Assembly: GCA_048941185.1 (NCBI GenBank)
Contig: JBHLNW010000003.1
Location: 31,238 to 95,237 of the forward strand
Source of the DNA: Promethearchaeota archaeon
Lineage (GTDB): Archaea > Asgardarchaeota > Lokiarchaeia > Sigyniarchaeales > SOKP01
Length of the DNA: 64,000 nucleotides
Direction of reading: 5' to 3'
Position 1 is the first letter of the stretch. Each line of letters begins with the position of its first letter. The position numbers and the translations under genes were made by a program. The notes under the pieces were generated by a model. The model was not told where the DNA came from. It made no database searches and saw only the letters and a program-made list of their open reading frames with translations. Positions 62,301-64,000 of this stretch are shown here, piece after piece.

Positions 62301-64000
62301 ATGACCTAACAGGAATTCATGAAAAAACCTTTCCAATTCAAGGAGATTTTTCGCCAACTTTCATAAAATGGGATTTAACAAATCTTAACGCTCAGAATCT
62401 ATTGAAGAATGTTCAGAGAGTTGATTTAATAATAAATCCTGATTTCTATATATTAGCTGATCGAGAATTAGATAAATTAGATATTTATTTTGAAACAAGT
62501 GGTGTAGTATTACAACATAAAGACAATTACATTGAGTTTTTGGTCCAATTTGAAGGTGAAACAGAAGAAATTTTGATTACTCCCCACTTACTACGTTCTG
62601 TTTTTGAAACAAAATCCATTATAAGTTCCTTCAAGATTAATGGGCAGAAAGAAATTGAAAAGATTGCAATCCAAGGTAGTTCTGGAATGAAAATGAAATT
62701 ATATTCAATTAATATTTTTCAGAATCGAACTATTTCAAATCCTAATGGTGGAATATACAGTTATGTAGATCATCTATATTCAATGAAATTTGATATGAAT
62801 ATGAGAAATATTTTAGATCACAATCAAATTGGAAGTAATATTGAACCCTTGATGTGGTATTACAAAGTTAATGGTTGTGTGATTAAACCAATTATAGATG
62901 AGAGCACAGAAGCGGTATATAGTGATTTTGACAATGATGGTTTTTATGACCAAATGGACTTGTATGAGGATTATAATGGAGGTGTTTATGGTGATGGTGT
63001 GAATGATCAGCATTCAATTGATTATGATCTTGATGGTAAATTTGATGAAATTTTCTCAAAAACATTCAGAAATCAAATTTCTTATGATAAAGAAACAGGA
63101 GCAAGAATAGAGCATAGAGAAAAAATTAGAATAATTACAAAAATCGAAAAATATGACGAAATTAACACGATTATAACAAGAACAGAAGATATATTCCAAG
63201 TTGAACTTAGAAATAATAAACCTCAACCTTATATCCGTCTAAGTAGACAATCTGTATATATTTCGAATAAACAACGCCCAGATATTATAATTACTCATGT
63301 TGATGCTTGGCGGTTGAATAGTGGTGAGGATGATTATGAGACTCATATTATTGAGGTTTGGAATCCTGAAAAACAAGCATATGACGAGGAATATTGGCAT
63401 GATTGGGCAAAAGTTATAGATATTACAATGCTAGGGGATAAGTCAGAAGAGCAATATCCCTTATTCAAAAATATACATGGAATTTGGGATAGAGGTTTTA
63501 CTAAAGTTCCATTAAATCCAGCAGTTCCTATTGCTGGATCCAATGAAGTTAATGGGAGATTTTTCTGGGTTGATAGTTATAATTTAACAACACATTCACG
63601 TGTATGGGACATGGCATTTGTTCTCGTGAATGACAGCGTTAATCAATTTTCAGGTTTAAAACATAGAAATTCAGAACTTTGTATTGCTGTTATAATTGAT
63701 TCCAATAGAGATCATGTGTATCAAATGGAAAATCTGGATATAGAAGGTGAATATTATGATCAATTTTTGCCACTATGGATGGCCTCTCCAGATAATAATC
63801 TACAAGAATTTCTTGAAAAAATAGCACATGATCATTCTTGGAATGATTGGGTAGAAAATATGCTAAAACCTGCTACTCTTGTAAAGTTAGTTGCCGAGCT
63901 TGCTATAACTTTTTTTGTTAGTGTGATAGTAACTGCAATAGCGACAGCTTGGCTTCCTGGGGGTGCGCTATTTATAGCAGGACTGATAGCATCCTTTATT
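47384..64000 (+). CDS. Giant secreted/cell-surface multidomain protein, at least 5,539 aa, running off the window end (absent from the ORF track)
   Basis: GAGGG SD, then ATG (MRKLSRKDLIVFSLIFIFSIQGW, signal-peptide-like). The same frame is open everywhere I translated and at the last base (...GGALFIAGLIASFI). The track lists no closed + ORF in this 16.6 kb, as expected if there is no stop. Beta-rich, acidic, many N-x-S/T sequons, two ConA-like domains, Ig-like segments, DxDxDG motifs. Confidence 0.92.
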   Translation, partial: MRKLSRKDLIVFSLIFIFSIQGWHSLNYVTSCYTSGISNLTISSDDPFFGDEPISADKNVTLHLTDQFSIKGLAHKYIGRVFQTQIHLKIFDPNEKLTYSEMKYLPHKRKVNFEFNNIALSPNLFKVTGMYRVKLYLTFNWGGIIKVSKINTTYFKLEREIVDLSCYFIDNIYFQTETTPYHHEIYIYGSAEEAGEPENLLINENVKLYWTEPNGTDTLVGKFSTNEFGSFNTSISRKHVLHYNYMNCYLKFEETPTYQPADSRYPSQFLMKEEGNTHIIKNANEAGISDFDVPESYGFPSRITLSNKEHSIWSPNGDDNDIENWNFRINPFGNPELNTIGYNGENTFDGYDYWISNTNGIIKNQSGFQMIDSSYRNKIIPFDVEILSGSISVEQNLNDLVINNNEGIRFCPEEMTSLNLTFYESKIRYLFSSNFSQNQIENLKLAYYFNVNDIQELKSFSITLFDGIHSIDLIENSNKSLDLAKIIDITQYNLDISRFYLEVFFNYNKLIGEESLCDVLYLELNPIDSSSNILKWNDVEGTNNKSISFQSIGGLEDDIITYHLASEVYIPDVPFYNFENSIFSISLTCEKLGIFEIELGLNITLAESEQNFLIPLWNSFPENRIDDKLFLSYDITSLIKDLQEKLFYLGFYAKLDGLELGEDFICDLLDITLTADFLRKENSPSVIEHYNEDFEYSEEIYYPYEVDYDFAATELFLNNNINETLDYMWGSTYQHYMENINDSYLINNGNIQIKDTNNDLIDDYILNPSQINVPFDPLPEIIALKDNLSVEATGDISKEVFLANDNLNQSFYFRHNNGSIVHTVTISNSLYEFSINQSNQIHKNNYSVLDPLSYIIISLPVNREIRNIDLSSGIMARLEFLRGNLAPKAVVTQEIYNLNLQYIDEINFSNYNYFDYNPVANFDIKRFTIQFEANDNSTKEEININNEYIHAIGNNRDFITFRLYFNPDDYIDSNTTIFLADYDYLKFLNRTTDLIQNYFIENTFYELNYYPKFEVIYTIISDDFSKLQDPNIFYTLSLAKGALTIFIMTPEGDLPIKYFNSLDFVQEIGSFSVNSDDFYGYNEISLKFSYEGALIYERYQNGFVLDELKIKYYKLNTDFNFHPYSKSYEGYMLYLDGTISNSSNLYGIIGIDNNVSLFSLIDLSRQQFPNYDPFSHLLRLDLTNPCFDNAYDINTEIISLQPFEITFSNISLFGGWHELSIYKEEKASLLTFFDFGAIISLNYIELYYELISGSDQAVEIVKISTLIQPTKEWDNIFDCQGKGTKVTQGWRIKFKEDLNYGDEVYARIIRVEFKIIRGNDFPEKAPIVQSAMISALRTKVGDLEGIKQYNDDNELIFGFVDETEKSIAFSFKIDIPSEIKPFMILSQDYANYPEFCDFPGLLLEDYSVKISHPSKKIAKSLDIGQRFNPELDGIIIEDIKQYLNDSGCFNLIFYIKTDFEINYHFDFLAASYYNNISSLMGLPQIFRMDLERASEIIEVSPSDADYWSGLGSYDLNAATNTASSTFLSYNTNGDDAPITLSRTMSEFFGRDIKSSDNDYNDRIKIFTGQDRIDNLVFPNLISIRYPSQKSSSIKSTSYSDIRIFGITLYRKYQAVGNNGEQQLSLTYDLSSLYNSYPDSIIKVRARIGAYSYYERTSLFGIKRSMTTSTSLELSVSSDKYSGTNIITKEFLLKSDDKITITTKKYYGWWDRFWWPVRYQVLKVYDLRVMVIKKDHIIGDLECESTLQINTGTSIDEIDSAVLSGSLEVIAGEYFHNVYNSGPFKSNLEIKTLYYQSPSNQWLDLEFPNIHNYERNPYFKKQYTDFGIHKREFIFSNDLISGGYKFQLPDDIFYVFNGYATAKLKVIVTYQHDPRNPIPLPSNMLYADLDYYIRAQWKNIELRILFSDTRLLGDLSYSEHNFGFHFDISEQDIKEEFEEEFDPADAWYFGTYFDFSIYPHWANDPITKTTHFHDIDKLKFKMWLGVERYYNKSESSDTYIEEIELPIDYMEFQNLDLTKESFEVIFTESEDRAAVIDPNALRLGSPDVDNYFISKEGYDSKMMRFYVNITIKWTSAAQLNTRKWYDPYGWNTRKMITIKVYDLTIIDIMKKPEFYSEFRDIYCPISIPPSKNDIFDRITNIKIKFGGSLKLSSFEIYHTLSSTIGYQVVMMTQSGGIEILHKVLLKNSVSNQFEFIIDIPVFKLDDKNYIDLFIHFGVFDFYFLGLYDDTGYLNLRFDHISVEYLYSTGFSDSFSGNAYIDQVFEYNIGFDLDDANISSIIVKGDIDYSLQYITISSNGRISEYASDILPSLYIYNYYSNSYEPMICYMEQTNLFTFVIDKYDYNLDYYSKEGYMKFIIVLDGTSILDNIGFNEYYSYAHIFINSLEIEIKEEGEEKNQKVSFESIKPNGDILELENWAFYNDIYTNESIPYNFRYEIGIDEIPSEKQYLNVSLAFVNEYSNGILPNYYAILNKNNEIVEGQLINYLINNNSQIIFAEVIIIIDPNYNGNYYLYWSDLTNYDQWEMDVDLSNVNEFLGIIQTSNIQDYFNYNPYNFEVSKTLWKLNKLDSYLYSLYGINGAASHTFEFNFDNLIFDLNNITGIQFKLIEISEFTSNFYLRIFDFTNKIFKNYPIKTRTVDNFYFKEYEHKIATIHLDPLEIISYLARDLKLIVELGCETLEELDFEWEINTMEFIISYNEGLNNEINAEYKQYIADQNFLDSIEFYDIFSQTELDGWFGDINDFKVQNSYLTKYPPSHKKSWWEDDCDDDDHDDDPCRYSWRCQKPSYILVDNYDDDYYVDFLVNIQDICSHYKTAEWLVHANKIDQRCKTHYTGLLFQLHAYQSASHHANELHIWKKESWGNCWRFIDSINVPIHIDVDTWYKITTYVNKSYISVKINGSVIYSDYISLNIDSGYFGIRSSYYEQFFIDNVIISKEEFIGENIRDYFASIEVNISDNTHIKYGDSITSSFTNIPDNYNSSLKDHKLSLLVNSSDGWLIMDEMLSNQNGITEFKIDSIDLSTFDILGSHYTKYINYKLENDTREYFFIENFDKDLSKWTSNHINDFTIENGYLEKDGCFDRESFVVTNPEHPNNYTIAFDAMMNIDPSREKFDWIINSDDDFHNGYMYRLYSSTSNEYPNTLQLYQKKWDDDDDCYKILTEIEVNQEIFTGKWYHLEIDISEDTEKVYHRIRFNDEQIFSYEFTQDKYYHRDYFGFRIYNTNQSIIDNVQLYTGTYNIKAVELNPFTIENENLIKYKNVKYNDNGITRIQDMVIYQEPYILDINDISLGVNLNFSYLLNEFERYFDLESYYGLKLGILLPYDPIISSVEVSLLDTEDNKIQNVLNYGDLNEIYSNPNQHSVIINQTHMVKTDVTLSFLGLNDAKLSSARYLSIKANRLPIEYGEYSGKRVENLIGMCSIQLLKQINNYSISNFDFEQSSGNTIAIYYEGSGRFYSSLKILNNIVFERTSTKIEIFNGPYYSVNYGGNFKIPLRVLIEETKADVPYLSPIIYGSFVLLIEKKNKWLTYGFEKLNLTNYEREGFSYYICDIHPLLSAGFYDKVKLLWIGNGLFKPCESYSEDFNSLLVTPSKTNINLTLYNMQVRYGDPFEVSGEIKDENGDMLKDLNLITYLNNFTRNDFSYYEITNLGSYYTNYTSEQFLFTSYMYRDSFFNFTPIYDPLFAKFSYNVDYTNIFHILYKSSNKNIVLSISLEYNNSFSICKDIRITTLDKWIDLYIDTQPDDYPSGDYILTNYSIKILSLRDQEIEFCIKDIKLEHFTPIYLQINTPQGWRNLAVTTVEIKDLDTSEFKFKLFSDSENYILNNIFRTFLYDEPLYNNSLPSGDYLCRIYFPELNDFYQPSSDNFFLRINPLETAIYYQHDGNEEISKDGFYNKRTYEDTSIFALEQGKPYTFVDLGWTWGDNKTVNFMLSTKDSTGLNGLPNKPLWFQIGIVPNSYHGLDHRSYLADYYPMTRNIRTGEMLVNVHFIQDKYGRPILYDYYDLEKEARRFYGPLLWQVHWTNEVGIVAFNLSITYKLFNYLSRIFSTRDLPNIEKHLYIRVFYKNFFTWDDMILPINDKFHGNEPILCSFEENQRKEDFIFNSYDADIIKQELKNVIYYDGIYSSSYAEGYIDVSLEGLTLEGNYMEVTLTGGERDRLSFLCQLNETQRDELGNTVPEGKLLNNNWNMLGNDIVKAYFFIMNPSMTKVLVGARDSNPMPATIDPITGLISFEMSYQTAVMEAWENIIPGYYKVVCIVQESVYYKATSTYFTMLVKSPYTFNFAEPSTSYDFTLNFAEQSEVFVENMINDEIYSNFTYTNVYPTLNGTIWMDPSDYSDGATAIILINNFPVYKRIVYPNESYYVNIPLEVFANFEIFNITLRTYSNEKKLINYDIDDPWESTNIDDRIHFDLYITNATIDNPYEGRGLIDVNITNVVKNNVNFETYEGNSIVQLSHIVEDDINGTALKIKKSFTSIFGQYHHGLLLYPEGKEYITEVSVNLVEWDPSFKITEINELTESILPYQLKVGWQYNLEDNFLESVRKAQFNDPLNDSRVAEGIRIFTMKNFRTYLLFKHAYLPYEGFIEGKLFLSRQLGTTERLNISIVSIIGTTISKVLWSQEIDYTNSDLINFTFETFNIFQSEYQDIAVVIESLNIAAPIAVYLYDARIRGFEDILSVSTHLPYGRAALFSSNFLYYFLRNQNEIGLTSEDKEVLIRVEDRKEEQKLGFQSFFDLTEVLEIYENVEVDQFHHDPQDESSDNGYITPHSNEQRYLFSEDEDEGIFVRTQIFGMRNVKTTQCHCGYVVMYKTEDPNDPFDENIELKKRKVSFFVRPQKWSIKPQNLEITFNDINNRFNIFLDGDRIPIDQGVDSNYVNIEYSHAVDQSNDKIWNKCNFDEFDNNWNKSDLTDVLFDIYDHQCYFTTSHFERSGGSNICKHNVIDFYPDISDWSSFDLFQTEIQVNDSSIVKNIIIRIYDDLTGIHEKTFPIQGDFSPTFIKWDLTNLNAQNLLKNVQRVDLIINPDFYILADRELDKLDIYFETSGVVLQHKDNYIEFLVQFEGETEEILITPHLLRSVFETKSIISSFKINGQKEIEKIAIQGSSGMKMKLYSINIFQNRTISNPNGGIYSYVDHLYSMKFDMNMRNILDHNQIGSNIEPLMWYYKVNGCVIKPIIDESTEAVYSDFDNDGFYDQMDLYEDYNGGVYGDGVNDQHSIDYDLDGKFDEIFSKTFRNQISYDKETGARIEHREKIRIITKIEKYDEINTIITRTEDIFQVELRNNKPQPYIRLSRQSVYISNKQRPDIIITHVDAWRLNSGEDDYETHIIEVWNPEKQAYDEEYWHDWAKVIDITMLGDKSEEQYPLFKNIHGIWDRGFTKVPLNPAVPIAGSNEVNGRFFWVDSYNLTTHSRVWDMAFVLVNDSVNQFSGLKHRNSELCIAVIIDSNRDHVYQMENLDIEGEYYDQFLPLWMASPDNNLQEFLEKIAHDHSWNDWVENMLKPATLVKLVAELAITFFVSVIVTAIATAWLPGGALFIAGLIASFI

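Noticed and set aside
53058-63543. Six short minus-strand ORFs in the last 11 kb, and the apparent gene desert there
   Set aside because: All lie antisense to the giant + strand ORF; the desert is an artefact of that ORF lacking a stop inside the window.
1-64000. CRISPR arrays, tRNA/rRNA genes, transposases or integrases
   Set aside because: By eye I found no regularly spaced repeats, no GC-rich structured RNA islands and no DDE or tyrosine-recombinase motifs. A dedicated scan would be needed to exclude small RNAs.

Overview
AT-rich archaeal DNA, most likely from an Asgard archaeon of the Lokiarchaeia type. This is inferred from the combination of Alba, a Sec11-type signal peptidase, HerA/NurA/Mre11/Rad50, a single-domain gelsolin and GGTGA/GAGG ribosome-binding motifs. 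The first 33 kb is mostly housekeeping: a tRNA methyltransferase, Nth, a rhomboid, PIMT, PfpI, UvrD plus a herA-nurA-mre11-rad50 operon facing a tailed alpha3-truncated histone and Alba, thiolase/DUF35 and CobO. It also holds two eukaryotic-signature candidates, a gelsolin and a mu-homology-domain-like protein. At 33.3-38.7 kb is a compact candidate biosynthetic cluster: MurL-like PP-loop ATPase, Ddl-like ATP-grasp ligase, GNAT, PLP enzyme and MFS exporter. At 39.8-47.1 kb is a DUF169 plus CoA-transferase-like alpha/beta operon, whose beta 3' half recurs in diverged form on the far side of a 1281-aa TPR-nitrilase gene. The last 16.6 kb is one uninterrupted ORF that the supplied ORF track misses: a giant secreted protein of more than 5,500 aa that runs off the window end. 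At least two, probably three, genes appear to start at ATT/ATA codons. I saw no rRNA, tRNA, CRISPR array, transposase or integrase.
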